From: Burkholderiales bacterium
Lineage (GTDB): Bacteria; Pseudomonadota; Gammaproteobacteria; Burkholderiales; SG8-39
DNA: 64,000 nt
Direction: 5' to 3'
Assembly: GCA_036555245.1 (NCBI GenBank)
Contig: DATBLP010000054.1
Location: 54,406 to 118,405 of the forward strand
Shown here: positions 38,984-47,533 of the stretch, piece by piece
How positions within the stretch are numbered: position 1 is the first letter of the stretch
How the letters are laid out: the number at the start of each line of letters is the position of its first letter
The notes under the pieces: model-generated
Told to the model about the DNA's origin: nothing
What the model saw: only the letters and a program-made list of their open reading frames with translations
The model's database searches: none
Made by a program: the position numbers and the translations under genes

Positions 38984-39504
38984 ACGAAACACTGGCGCAA
39001 CTCGCGCTGGATTTTTCCGCGCTTTCACTCATCGCCGTCGGCGGCGCAGTCACCGTGCTCCCCGAGATGCATCGCAGCATCGTTGAGGTCCATGGATGGA
39101 TGAGCGCCGCGCAATTCGCCGAGCTGTTTGCGCTTGCCCAGGCGGCGCCCGGTCCCAACATCCTAGTGGTGAGTCTTGTCGGCTGGAAAGTAGCGGGTCT
39201 GAGTGGCGCTGTCGTTGCCACAGCCGCGATGTGCATACCATCGTGTGTGCTCACTTACGCCGTTTCGGGTGTTTGGCATCGCTTTCGCGGTGCACGTTGG
39301 CGCTCGGCCGTGGAGGACGGCTTGGTGCCGGTGACAGTGGGCCTGATGCTCGCGGGCGGCTACCTGATCACGGTGTCCGCCGATCATTCGATAGGAGCCT
39401 TCGCGATCACGGCGGCGACGGCGGCTATCGTTCTGACAACGAGGATCCATCCGCTTTGGGTTTTCGCCGGCGGCGGCTTGCTCGGCCTTGGCGGCTGGGT
39501 TTGA
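38980..39504 (+). CDS. chrA: Short-chain chromate ion transporter (CHR) family protein, second half-size paralogue
   Basis: 'VGGAVTVLPEMHRSIVEVHGWMSAAQFAELFALAQAAPGPN'. GTGA overlap with the preceding gene. Confidence 0.8.
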   Translation: MNETLAQLALDFSALSLIAVGGAVTVLPEMHRSIVEVHGWMSAAQFAELFALAQAAPGPNILVVSLVGWKVAGLSGAVVATAAMCIPSCVLTYAVSGVWHRFRGARWRSAVEDGLVPVTVGLMLAGGYLITVSADHSIGAFAITAATAAIVLTTRIHPLWVFAGGGLLGLGGWV

Positions 39505-39532
39505 GTGGGGTTCATAGGTGCGCCGAGTCGCG

Positions 39533-40726
39533 ATGAGCGCACCCACGCTCGTGCTGAAAACAGGTCGGGAGCGCTCCCTCCGGCGGCGTCACCCCTGGAT
39601 ATTCTCGGGCGCGATCGAGAGAATCAGCGGCTCACCCGAGAGCGGAGAGACCGTGCAAGTGCGTGCTTCCGACGGCGCGTTTCTGGCCTGGGCGGCGTAC
39701 AGCCCGGTTTCGCAAATTCGCGCTCGTGTCTGGAGCTTTGATGAAGACAGGCCGCCGGGTCCGGGTCTTTTCGTGGAGAGAATTTCGGCGGCACTCGCAC
39801 TGCGCCGCGCATTGATCCGGCCAGGGGCGACCAACGCGTTGCGGCTCGTCCACGGAGAATCCGACGAACTGCCCGGCCTCCTCGCCGACCTCTACGCGGA
39901 CGTGCTGGTCGTTCAGATTCTCTCCGCGGGCTGCGAGCGGTGGCGCGACGCCCTGGTCGGAATCCTGCGCGAGCAAAGCGGCTGTACCTCGATCTACGAG
40001 CGCTCCGACGCCGAAACGCGCGAGCTCGAAGGTCTCGCACCCCGCAGCGGATCGCTCGTTGGCCCAGCGCCGCGCGGACCGGTCCGGGTCGTCGAGAACG
40101 ATATCGAATACGAAGTCGACGTCGTCGCGGGTCAGAAGACCGGGTTCTATCTCGATCAGCGCGACAATCGCGCCCGGGTGCGGCTGCTCGCGGAGGGCAA
40201 AGAGACGCTCAACTGCTTCTGTTACACCGGCGGTTTCGCGCTCGCTGCGCTTTCCGGGGGCGCGCGATCGGTGCTCTCCATCGAGAGCTCCGCAGCGGCG
40301 CTCGAGTGCGCTCGGCGCAACCTCGCGCTCAACGGGATGGACGCAAACCGCGCGCAGTGGCTCGAGGCCGACGTGTTTGCCGCCTTGCGCAAGCTCCGTG
40401 GTGAAGGCAGACAGTTCGACCTCATCGTGCTTGACCCGCCCAAGTTCGCTCCTACGCCGAAAGACGCCGAACGCGCGGCGCGCGGCTACAAAGACATCAA
40501 CCTCAACGCACTCAAGCTGCTGCGGCGCGGCGGCCTGCTGGCGACTTTTTCGTGCTCAGGCGGCATTTCCGGGGAGCTTTTCCAAAAGATAGTAGCCGGC
40601 GCCGCGGCCGACGCCCGCGTTTCGCTTGCCCTGCGCGAGCGCCTGAGCGCCGCGCCCGACCACCCGGTCTTGATCGAATTTCCGGAAGGGGAGTACCTCA
40701 AAGGGCTGCTCCTGGAACGGCGGTGA
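39533..40726 (+). CDS. rlmI: 23S rRNA m5C1962 methyltransferase RlmI-like (PUA + class I MTase)
   Basis: 'RRHPWIFSGAIE', 'GQKTGFYLDQRDNR', 'LNCFCYTGGFA', 'DPPKFA'. Confidence 0.85.
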   Translation: MSAPTLVLKTGRERSLRRRHPWIFSGAIERISGSPESGETVQVRASDGAFLAWAAYSPVSQIRARVWSFDEDRPPGPGLFVERISAALALRRALIRPGATNALRLVHGESDELPGLLADLYADVLVVQILSAGCERWRDALVGILREQSGCTSIYERSDAETRELEGLAPRSGSLVGPAPRGPVRVVENDIEYEVDVVAGQKTGFYLDQRDNRARVRLLAEGKETLNCFCYTGGFALAALSGGARSVLSIESSAAALECARRNLALNGMDANRAQWLEADVFAALRKLRGEGRQFDLIVLDPPKFAPTPKDAERAARGYKDINLNALKLLRRGGLLATFSCSGGISGELFQKIVAGAAADARVSLALRERLSAAPDHPVLIEFPEGEYLKGLLLERR

Positions 40727-40805
40727 CACGATGCCGCGTATATTGAGGGCCAGCACCGGTTCTAATTTGCCGGTTTCGGAGGGCAGATGGTTGCGTTGCG
40801 GGGCG

Positions 40806-40831
40806 GGGCGTGCTGTAATGCGCCCTTTTTT
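40806..40831 (+). terminator. Weak putative terminator after rlmI
   Basis: GGGCG-(10 nt)-CGCCC followed by a T6 run. The short stem gives low confidence. Confidence 0.4.
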
Positions 40832-40983
40832 CAGGCGGCCGGTGGCTCATCGCCGGACCTGGACGCCGGCCGCAGCCTAGATCCGGCTGCTTTGCAGCCG
40901 GTGCGCGCGGCGGCGCATGCCCACCCGCAGCAAACGATACGGCGGCAAATGCCGGGAGATCCGATTTGGCGATTCGGGAAGAC

Positions 40984-41958
40984 ATGGTTCCGGTGACTAT
41001 CCTCACCGGATTCCTGGGAAGCGGGAAGACCACGCTGGTCAACCGCATTCTCAAGGAGCAGCACGGCCGCCGCATTGCGGTGATCGAAAACGAATTCGGC
41101 GAAGCCGGCGTGGACAACGACATCCTGCTGAAGGATTCCGAAGAGCAGATCGTCGAGATGAACAACGGCTGCGTTTGCTGTACGGTGCGCGGCGACCTCA
41201 TCCGCATTCTCGGCGAGTTGAGGGAACGCCGCGACAGCGGAAAGCTCAGCTTCGAGCGCGTCATCATCGAGACCACCGGGATGGCGGATCCGGGGCCCGT
41301 CGCGCAGACTTTTTTCATCGACGAGGGGATCGGCAACTATTACCTCCTGGACAGCGTCATCACCATGGTCGATGCCATGCACGCGCCGAAGCAACTGGAC
41401 GAATTCCGCGAGGCCCAGGAACAGGTGGGGTTTGCCGACCGAATTCTTATGTCGAAGACGGACCTGGTTTCAGAGGCCGAGCAACAGACGCTGCGCCGGC
41501 GCCTTGCCAAGATGAATCCGCGCGCGCCGATCAAACAAGCACATTTCGGAAATGCGCCTCTCGAGGACATCCTCGACATCCGCGGTTTCAACCTGAGTGC
41601 AGTTCTCGAGATCGATCCGGATTTCCTCGAGGAAGGCGAGCACGAGCACGATGAATACGTGAGTTCCTTCGTGTTTCGATCCGACAAGCCTTTCGATTCC
41701 GCAAAGCTCGAGGAATTCCTCTCGGGGGTGGCGCAGATCTACGGTCCGGACATGCTGCGCTATAAGGGAATTCTGTTCATGAAGGGCAACACGCATCGGG
41801 TAGTGTTTCAGGGCGTGCACATGCTGATGGGCGGCGATCTGGGTAGCGCCTGGGGCAAGGATGAAAAGCGGTCAAGCACAATGGTCTTCATCGGCAGGAA
41901 TCTGCCTCAAGATCTTTTTGTCAAGGGGTTGGAACAATGTTTGGTGGAAAAGCAGTAA
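40984..41958 (+). CDS. COG0523 / CobW-family G3E GTPase (metal chaperone, ZigA/YeiR-like)
   Basis: Walker A '[10 protein letters not shown]', metal-binding '[10 protein letters not shown]', 'ETTGMADP', and a C-terminal CobW_C domain preceded by an acidic/His patch 'EEGEHEHDE'. Confidence 0.85.
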   Translation: MVPVTILTGFLGSGKTTLVNRILKEQHGRRIAVIENEFGEAGVDNDILLKDSEEQIVEMNNGCVCCTVRGDLIRILGELRERRDSGKLSFERVIIETTGMADPGPVAQTFFIDEGIGNYYLLDSVITMVDAMHAPKQLDEFREAQEQVGFADRILMSKTDLVSEAEQQTLRRRLAKMNPRAPIKQAHFGNAPLEDILDIRGFNLSAVLEIDPDFLEEGEHEHDEYVSSFVFRSDKPFDSAKLEEFLSGVAQIYGPDMLRYKGILFMKGNTHRVVFQGVHMLMGGDLGSAWGKDEKRSSTMVFIGRNLPQDLFVKGLEQCLVEKQ

Positions 41959-42428
41959 GGAAACCGGAGAAACCTGCCGCAAAAGCGGCCAAGGTGGTCG
42001 AGGAACGGCCGGCGAAGAAGAACGGCCTCAGCGAAGCCGAGTTGCTGCGCGCGCCTGCTTCTCAGTACATGGGCGCCGAGCAGCTCGCGTTCTTCCGCCA
42101 GCGCTTGCTCGACATGCAGAAGGACCTGCTGGAGAAGGCGGATTCGACTTCCGAGCATCTGCGAGAGCACGAGCTCGAGGCCGATCCGACCGATCAGGCA
42201 ACGATCGAGGAGGAATACGCACTGGAGCTTCGCGCGCGCGAGCGCGAGCGCAAGCTCCTTAAGAAGATAGACGAGGCGCTTCGTCGCATCGACGAAGGCA
42301 GCTACGGCTACTGCGAGGAGACGGGAGAGCCGATCGGCATCCCGCGGCTGCTGGCGCGGCCGACCGCAACGCTCACCATCGAGGCGCAGGCGCGCCGAGA
42401 GCAGAAGCAAAGGCTGTACGGGGAGTAG
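41937..42428 (+). CDS. dksA: DksA-family RNA polymerase-binding factor with degenerate (largely Cys-less) zinc finger
   Basis: Coiled-coil tip '[29 protein letters not shown]'. The C4 finger positions read C-E-E-T ... T-I-E-A, so only 1 of 4 Cys is retained. Confidence 0.85.
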   Translation: MFGGKAVRKPEKPAAKAAKVVEERPAKKNGLSEAELLRAPASQYMGAEQLAFFRQRLLDMQKDLLEKADSTSEHLREHELEADPTDQATIEEEYALELRARERERKLLKKIDEALRRIDEGSYGYCEETGEPIGIPRLLARPTATLTIEAQARREQKQRLYGE

Positions 42429-42437
42429 TTTACGACC

Positions 42438-42462
42438 GGCGGCGCGTGAAGCTCGCGCCGCC
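42438..42462 (+). terminator. GC-rich hairpin after dksA-like gene (a second hairpin lies at 42480-42497)
   Basis: GGCGGCGCG-TGAAGCT-CGCGCCGCC is a perfect 9-bp stem. The second hairpin, CCGCCGC-GCAC-GCGGCGG, is followed by TTT. Confidence 0.5.
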
Positions 42463-42597
42463 TGTTGAGAGGCTTTGGACCGCCGCGCACGCGGCGGTTT
42501 CCCCGCCTGCAGTGATCTCTTAGTACCGACCGGTGATGACCGTCGACGGCGCTGCCTGAGGTGATGGCTCGCAGCGGTTTGATGTACACTGCGCGTC

Positions 42598-42912
42598 GTG
42601 CGCCGCACCCTACGCCACCTGCTGATCGCCGTTGCGCTCGTGTTCGCGCAGCAGGCGGCGCAGTTACACGCACTCTCCCACCTTAAGCAGGATCTCAACA
42701 AGGCCGAGCGCGGCGGCAAGTGCGTTCCCCCGATCGGCCATCCCGCCGAGCAATGCATTGCGTATCACGCTGTTGACAGCGCACTGCCGACGCTGGCGCT
42801 TGCGATCACGCCGGCTCAGATTGCATTGCCGGCTGCCGCACACTTTGTTCTTCCTCTGCCGTTCCGGCCGCGAATCGAGTTCGATTCGCGCGCCCCGCCG
42901 CTCTTCTCCTAG
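42598..42912 (+). CDS. Small hypothetical exported/membrane protein with His/Cys motifs
   Basis: 104 aa with a hydrophobic N-terminus. It carries 'LHALSHLKQDL', 'KCVPPIGHPAEQCIAYHAV' and 'FDSRAPP'. GTG start. The family is not securely recognised (it is reminiscent of DUF2946-type proteins). Confidence 0.45.
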   Translation: MRRTLRHLLIAVALVFAQQAAQLHALSHLKQDLNKAERGGKCVPPIGHPAEQCIAYHAVDSALPTLALAITPAQIALPAAAHFVLPLPFRPRIEFDSRAPPLFS

Positions 42913-43008
42913 TTCTGCCACTAGGCTCCGCCTCGCACGCGCGAGGCGGCAGTGTTCGCGAAAGCGCCCTTCGGGCCTATCGCGATCGCATGAACTTGGA
43001 GAGACAAT

Positions 43009-44355
43009 ATGTACGGTAAAGCAACTATGGCGCTCGCCATCGCGGCGGCGCTGGGTCTGCCCGAGGCCGTGAAGGCCCAGTCGCAAGACGAGCTCAAAGC
43101 CTTGCGCGAGCAGGTCAGGCAGCTCGATAAGCGCGTGCAGGATGCCGAAGCCACGGCACAGCAGGCGGCGGTGCAGGCTTCCAGCCGCCCGACCGGGGAA
43201 AGCGCTCTGAATCCCGCGGTTTCGCTGATCCTGAACGGCATCTATTCGAATCTTTCCCAGGACCCGAACACCTACAAGATCAACGGTTTTGTTCCTTCGA
43301 ACGGCGAGGTCGCGCCGCCTCCCCGCGGCCTGAGTCTGGGCGAATCCGAGCTCGCGATCATGGCCAACATCGACCACATGTTCCGTGGGACCGGGATCTT
43401 CTCCGTATCGCCCGAGAACGAGATCGAAGTCGAGGAGGCGTACATACAGACCCTCGCGCTCTCCTACGGCTTCACCATCAAGGCAGGGCGGTTCTTCTCT
43501 GCCGTCGGGTACCAGAACCAAATCCACGCCCACGCCTGGGACTTCACCGACGCACCGCTCGCGATGAAGGCGTTCCTGGGCAACCAGTTGAGCGATGACG
43601 GCATCCAGCTTAAGTGGGTGGCGCCGACGCCGTTCTACTTCGACCTCGGCGCGGAAGCGGGGCGTGGCAAGAGCTTCCCGGCCGGACCCGACGGCGGGCG
43701 CAACAAGAACGGCTTCAGCGCGGGCAATTTCTTCGCCCATGTCGGCGACGATTTCGGAACCGGTACGGCCTGGCAGATCGGGGCTTCGTATCTCACGACC
43801 TCGCCGCAGGATCGCGTCTATGACGATGTCGATTCGACAGGCACACCGGTCACCAACAGCTTCACCGGCACGACCAAGTTGTGGGTGCTCGACGGCATCC
43901 TGAAGTGGGCGCCGAACTTCAACCCGACCGAGAGGTACTTGAAGCTGCAGGGCGAGTACTTCCGGCGCAAGGAGAACGGCGATCTCACGTTCGACACGGC
44001 GGGCGCGCTTGGAACGCAGAGCGGGGGTTACAGCTCGGCGCAGTCGGGCTGGTACCTGCAAGGCGTCTACCAATTCGTCCCGATGTGGCGGGTGGGCTAT
44101 CGCTATGACCGGCTGGACGCGGGAACGACGAGCATCGGCCTGGTCGACTCGGGCGCGCTCACGGCTGCGGATTTTCCCATCCTCGCCAAGTACAACCCGA
44201 CCCGGAATACCGTGATGGTCGACTGGAGCCCGAGCGAGTTCAGCCGCGTCCGGCTCCAGTACGCACAGGACAAGTCGCGCGCGGATGCGACGGACAACCA
44301 GGTATTCCTCCAGTACATCGTGAGTCTGGGTGCGCATGGCGCCCACAAATTCTGA
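43009..44355 (+). CDS. Outer-membrane beta-barrel porin-like protein (OprO/P-like architecture)
   Basis: Signal peptide and an N-terminal coiled coil ('DELKALREQVRQLDKRVQDAE'). Alternating amphipathic strands and a C-terminal '...GAHGAHKF' with terminal Phe. Confidence 0.7.
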   Translation: MYGKATMALAIAAALGLPEAVKAQSQDELKALREQVRQLDKRVQDAEATAQQAAVQASSRPTGESALNPAVSLILNGIYSNLSQDPNTYKINGFVPSNGEVAPPPRGLSLGESELAIMANIDHMFRGTGIFSVSPENEIEVEEAYIQTLALSYGFTIKAGRFFSAVGYQNQIHAHAWDFTDAPLAMKAFLGNQLSDDGIQLKWVAPTPFYFDLGAEAGRGKSFPAGPDGGRNKNGFSAGNFFAHVGDDFGTGTAWQIGASYLTTSPQDRVYDDVDSTGTPVTNSFTGTTKLWVLDGILKWAPNFNPTERYLKLQGEYFRRKENGDLTFDTAGALGTQSGGYSSAQSGWYLQGVYQFVPMWRVGYRYDRLDAGTTSIGLVDSGALTAADFPILAKYNPTRNTVMVDWSPSEFSRVRLQYAQDKSRADATDNQVFLQYIVSLGAHGAHKF

Positions 44356-44364
44356 GGTGAATTC

Positions 44365-45270
44365 ATGAAATCGATTCTGAACTTTCTCGTTGCTTCGAGC
44401 TTGGCAATTGCCGCGCTGCCCGCGGTGGCCGCGCTTAATGTATTCGCCTGCGAGCCCGAATGGGGCGCTCTCGCGCAGGAGCTCGGTGGGGACAAAGTGT
44501 CGGTGTATTCGGCGACGACGGCGCTGCAGGACCCGCACCGGATCGAAGCGCGCCCCAGCCTGATCGCGCGCATCCGCTCGGCGGATCTGCTGGTCTGCTC
44601 CGGCGCCGAGCTGGAGATAGGCTGGATCCCGCTGCTGCTCACCCAGAGCGGGAACAGCAAAATCCAGCTCGGGGGCCCGGGTTACTTCGAAGCCTCGCAG
44701 TACGTGGTCAAGATTGAAATCCCGAAGGTGATCGATCGCGCGCTCGGCGACATCCACGCCGCGGGCAATCCGCATATCCACACCGATCCGCGCAATATCG
44801 CCAAGGTCGCTCAGGCGCTCGAGCAGCGCCTGATACAGCTCGATGGTGCGAACGCCGACGCCTACCGTTCGCGCGCCAAGTCGTTCCTCGATCGCTGGCA
44901 GGCGGCGATCGGGCGCTGGGAGCAACAGGCGGCTCCGCTCAAGGGCGTGCCGATCGTCGTGTACCATAAGGACTTCTCGTATTTCATCAACTGGGTGGGA
45001 ATGCGCGAGACGGGGAGCCTAGAGCCGAGGCCGGGCATTCCGCCTACGCCCTCGCACCTGGCAGAATTGCTGGACCAGATGAAAGTAGCGCCGGCGAAGG
45101 TCATCGTCTATTCTCCTTACAACAGTCCCCAGGCTGCGGAGTTTCTCTCGACTCGGGCCAATATTCCAACGGTGATGATGCCTTTCACCATCGGCGGAAC
45201 GGAAAAGGCGAAGGACCTGTTCGGATTGTTCGACGACACCATCGGCCGGCTGCTCGCCACGGTGAAATGA
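44365..45270 (+). CDS. Metal (zinc-type) ABC transporter periplasmic binding protein, ZnuA/TroA family
   Basis: Signal peptide present. Metal-ligand positions in 'DPHRIEARPS' and 'GNPHIHTDP'. 'YHKDFSYF' is also present. Confidence 0.85.
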   Translation: MKSILNFLVASSLAIAALPAVAALNVFACEPEWGALAQELGGDKVSVYSATTALQDPHRIEARPSLIARIRSADLLVCSGAELEIGWIPLLLTQSGNSKIQLGGPGYFEASQYVVKIEIPKVIDRALGDIHAAGNPHIHTDPRNIAKVAQALEQRLIQLDGANADAYRSRAKSFLDRWQAAIGRWEQQAAPLKGVPIVVYHKDFSYFINWVGMRETGSLEPRPGIPPTPSHLAELLDQMKVAPAKVIVYSPYNSPQAAEFLSTRANIPTVMMPFTIGGTEKAKDLFGLFDDTIGRLLATVK

Positions 45271-46028
45271 CGCTCGACGCGGCGAGCCTAAGCATCCTGT
45301 GGCCCGCGTTCATCGCGGGCCTGCTGGTCACCGCAACTCACGTCCCGCTCGGCATGCAGGTGCTCGAGCGGGGCATCGTCTTCATCGATCTCGCGGTCGC
45401 GCAGATCGCTGGGGTCGGCGTCATCCTCGCCGACTACCTCGGCTGGCACCCCGCCGGCGCCGCGGTGCAGGTCGCCGCCTTGTCGGCGGCGCTTGTCGGT
45501 GCGATGGTACTGACCTGGACCGAGCGCCGCTGGCCGGAGGTTCAGGAAGCCATCATCGGCGTGGCGTTCGTCGTCGCCTCGAGCGCCGCGATCCTGATAC
45601 TCGCCAAGAACCCGCGCGGAAGCGAACACCTCAAGGAGTTACTGGTGGGGCAGATACTGTGGGTGAACCCAGCGAGCCTTCCGCTCGAGGCCTTGATCTA
45701 TGCCGCAATCCTCGCGCTGTGGTTCGGATTTCGCGACAAGCTCGGGCGAATCGGCTTCTACGTTTTGTTCGCCTGTGCGGTTACCGTGTCGGTCCAGCTG
45801 GTAGGCCTGTTCCTGGTCTTCATCACGCTGGTCGTGCCGGCGCTCGCCACCTATTATCAGAGGCGGCGCCGCTATCTCAGGGCCTATTCGGTGGGGGTTA
45901 TCGGCTACGCGGTCGGCCTGCTCGCCTCGTTGTGGTTCGATCTTCCTTCCGGCGCGATGATCGTGTGCGCGATGGTCGGCGTCGCCCTGCTTGCGGCGGC
46001 TTGTGGGCGCAAGAACGTCGCGCAGTAG
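45267..46028 (+). CDS. Metal ABC transporter permease, ZnuB family
   Basis: 253 aa, polytopic. 'PLGMQVLERGIVFIDLAVAQIAGVG' resembles the ZnuB/ABC-3 family. ATGA overlap with the binding-protein gene. Confidence 0.85.
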   Translation: MTLDAASLSILWPAFIAGLLVTATHVPLGMQVLERGIVFIDLAVAQIAGVGVILADYLGWHPAGAAVQVAALSAALVGAMVLTWTERRWPEVQEAIIGVAFVVASSAAILILAKNPRGSEHLKELLVGQILWVNPASLPLEALIYAAILALWFGFRDKLGRIGFYVLFACAVTVSVQLVGLFLVFITLVVPALATYYQRRRRYLRAYSVGVIGYAVGLLASLWFDLPSGAMIVCAMVGVALLAAACGRKNVAQ

Positions 46029-46135
46029 CGCTGCGGGAGCTTGCGGCGCTTTCGCGTTGCGCTCGATCGCGCTCCTGTGATACAAGGAAAGGGAAGCAGC
46101 GCACGTCCAGAACCTCCGAAACCGGACAATTCCTC

Positions 46136-47491
46136 GTGGTCTTTTCGCTATTCGGCAAGAAGGGCGAGGCGCCCAAGAAGGCCGAAAAAAAATCTCCGTC
46201 GGCCAAGCCGCCGGCCACCCCGCCCACCGCTGGTCCCGCGAAGCCTGCGGGCGCCCAACAACCGGCAGCGGACTCCCTCGATTTCAGTGGCTATGCTCCT
46301 CCGCCGAAGTCGCAACCCCCGCTTCAGGACGCCGCGCCTACCCCGGCAGCTCAAGGTCCGCGGTCGGCAGCGGGCCTGCGGACTTCTTCGTCGGTGCTCG
46401 GCGACGCTGGAGCGAAGTCTCGCGCTTCGGTGCCGCCCGCTGCTGCGTCGGCGCGCGCCTCGGCCATTTCCGCACAGGCGCCGGGTCCCCGTGCGAAGGT
46501 GGCGGACGACATCGACCCGGTTATCGAGGAGACCGCGATCCTGTTTGCCAACGCGCAGGTGGAAGAAGCGCTTGCAGGCCTTCTGGCCTCGGTGCGCGGG
46601 GCGCGCATCGGCGCATCCATGCTGCAGCAATGGCTCATGCTCTTCGATCTGTATCAACACCTCGGCAAGAGGGCCGAGTTCGAAGCGCTCGCGCTGGAAT
46701 TCGTGCCGAAATTTGAACGCTCGGCTCCCGCGTGGCTCGAGGTCGAGCGGCACGACGATCCCGCGCTCGCCACCGGAGGCATAGGTTACTGCGCCCTGGT
46801 CGGCACGCTCTCGGAGGCAAGCGCGCCCGCGTTGAGGAAGCTCCGCGGCGCCGTGGGAACTCTGCGTACGATCCGGATCGACTGCAGCAAGCTCGAAGGT
46901 CTGGATGGACCCGGTTGCGGGCTTCTTCGCGATACGCTTCGGTCCATTAGGAGCTCCGGAAAAGGGATCATGTTCACCGGTGAAGGCCGGCTCATCGGCC
47001 TGCTCGAGGAATTCTGTCAGCCGGGCAGAGTCCAGACCGACGGCGCAATCTGGGATTTGCTGCTCGAGGTCTGCCGGATGCTCGATCTCAAGGAGAAGTT
47101 CGAGGAAGTGGCGGTGAACTACGCAGTCAGCTTTGAAGTTTCGCCGCCGTCCTGGGAATCCCCCGCAGCTGCGCCTCCGAAACGCGCATCAACTGCGGCC
47201 CCCGCCGAGAGCACGGGCAGCGCGCTCGTCCTTTCCGGCGAGATCACCGGAGCAAGCGAGGCGCTCGCCGCGCGGCTGCGGGAATGGGCTGCGGCGAAGA
47301 AGATGCTGTCGATCGACATGTCGCAAGCGCGGCGCGTCGATTTCATTAGCGCCGGGCTCATGCTCAAAGTCTTTTCCAGGCTGCAGCCGGCTGGCATCCC
47401 CGTTCAGATCAGAGGCGCCAACGAACTCATCCACGCCCTGTTTCGCGTCATGGGAATCGACAAGGTCGCACGTATCATTCCCCGCAGATGA
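46136..47491 (+). CDS. Tandem STAS-domain protein with Pro/Ala-rich N-terminus
   Basis: GTG start (VVFSLFGKK). About 130 aa of P/A/K-rich low-complexity sequence precede two helical+STAS repeats. The C-terminal part reads 'LSIDMSQARRVDFISAGLMLKV..IRGANELIHALFRVMGI'. Confidence 0.65.
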   Translation: MVFSLFGKKGEAPKKAEKKSPSAKPPATPPTAGPAKPAGAQQPAADSLDFSGYAPPPKSQPPLQDAAPTPAAQGPRSAAGLRTSSSVLGDAGAKSRASVPPAAASARASAISAQAPGPRAKVADDIDPVIEETAILFANAQVEEALAGLLASVRGARIGASMLQQWLMLFDLYQHLGKRAEFEALALEFVPKFERSAPAWLEVERHDDPALATGGIGYCALVGTLSEASAPALRKLRGAVGTLRTIRIDCSKLEGLDGPGCGLLRDTLRSIRSSGKGIMFTGEGRLIGLLEEFCQPGRVQTDGAIWDLLLEVCRMLDLKEKFEEVAVNYAVSFEVSPPSWESPAAAPPKRASTAAPAESTGSALVLSGEITGASEALAARLREWAAAKKMLSIDMSQARRVDFISAGLMLKVFSRLQPAGIPVQIRGANELIHALFRVMGIDKVARIIPRR

Positions 47492-47533
47492 ACTTGAACG
47501 GCGGCCGTTCGACCCCACATTCTTTCGACTCTC

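Noticed and set aside
40727-40983. Possible cobalamin riboswitch upstream of the CobW-family gene
   Set aside because: Only fragments resemble the consensus (CTGTAA and a GCCGGGAGATCCG B12-box-like string). I could not find the GGGAA...GGTG..AA.CC core or the GCCACTG element. Gene context (DksA2-like, ZnuAB) points to zinc rather than B12. It is kept only as a low-interest 'structured leader' finding.
40727-43008. Search for Zur-box palindromes (TGTTAT..ATAACA-like) in the three intergenic regions of the putative zinc cluster
   Set aside because: No AT-rich palindrome of that type is visible in 40727-40983, 42429-42597 or 42913-43008. I therefore do not annotate any Zur site, and zinc regulation remains inference.
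45299-46135. N-terminal 279 codons of the 730-aa track ORF (45299..47491)
   Set aside because: This part overlaps the ZnuB permease gene out of frame and is R/G/P-rich nonsense. The credible STAS protein starts at the GTG at 46136. For the same reason I trimmed 12943..13758 (upstream of ttcA), 17808..19391 (upstream of the MFP gene), 14400..14621, 34063..34221, 49249..49461 and 25516..25680.
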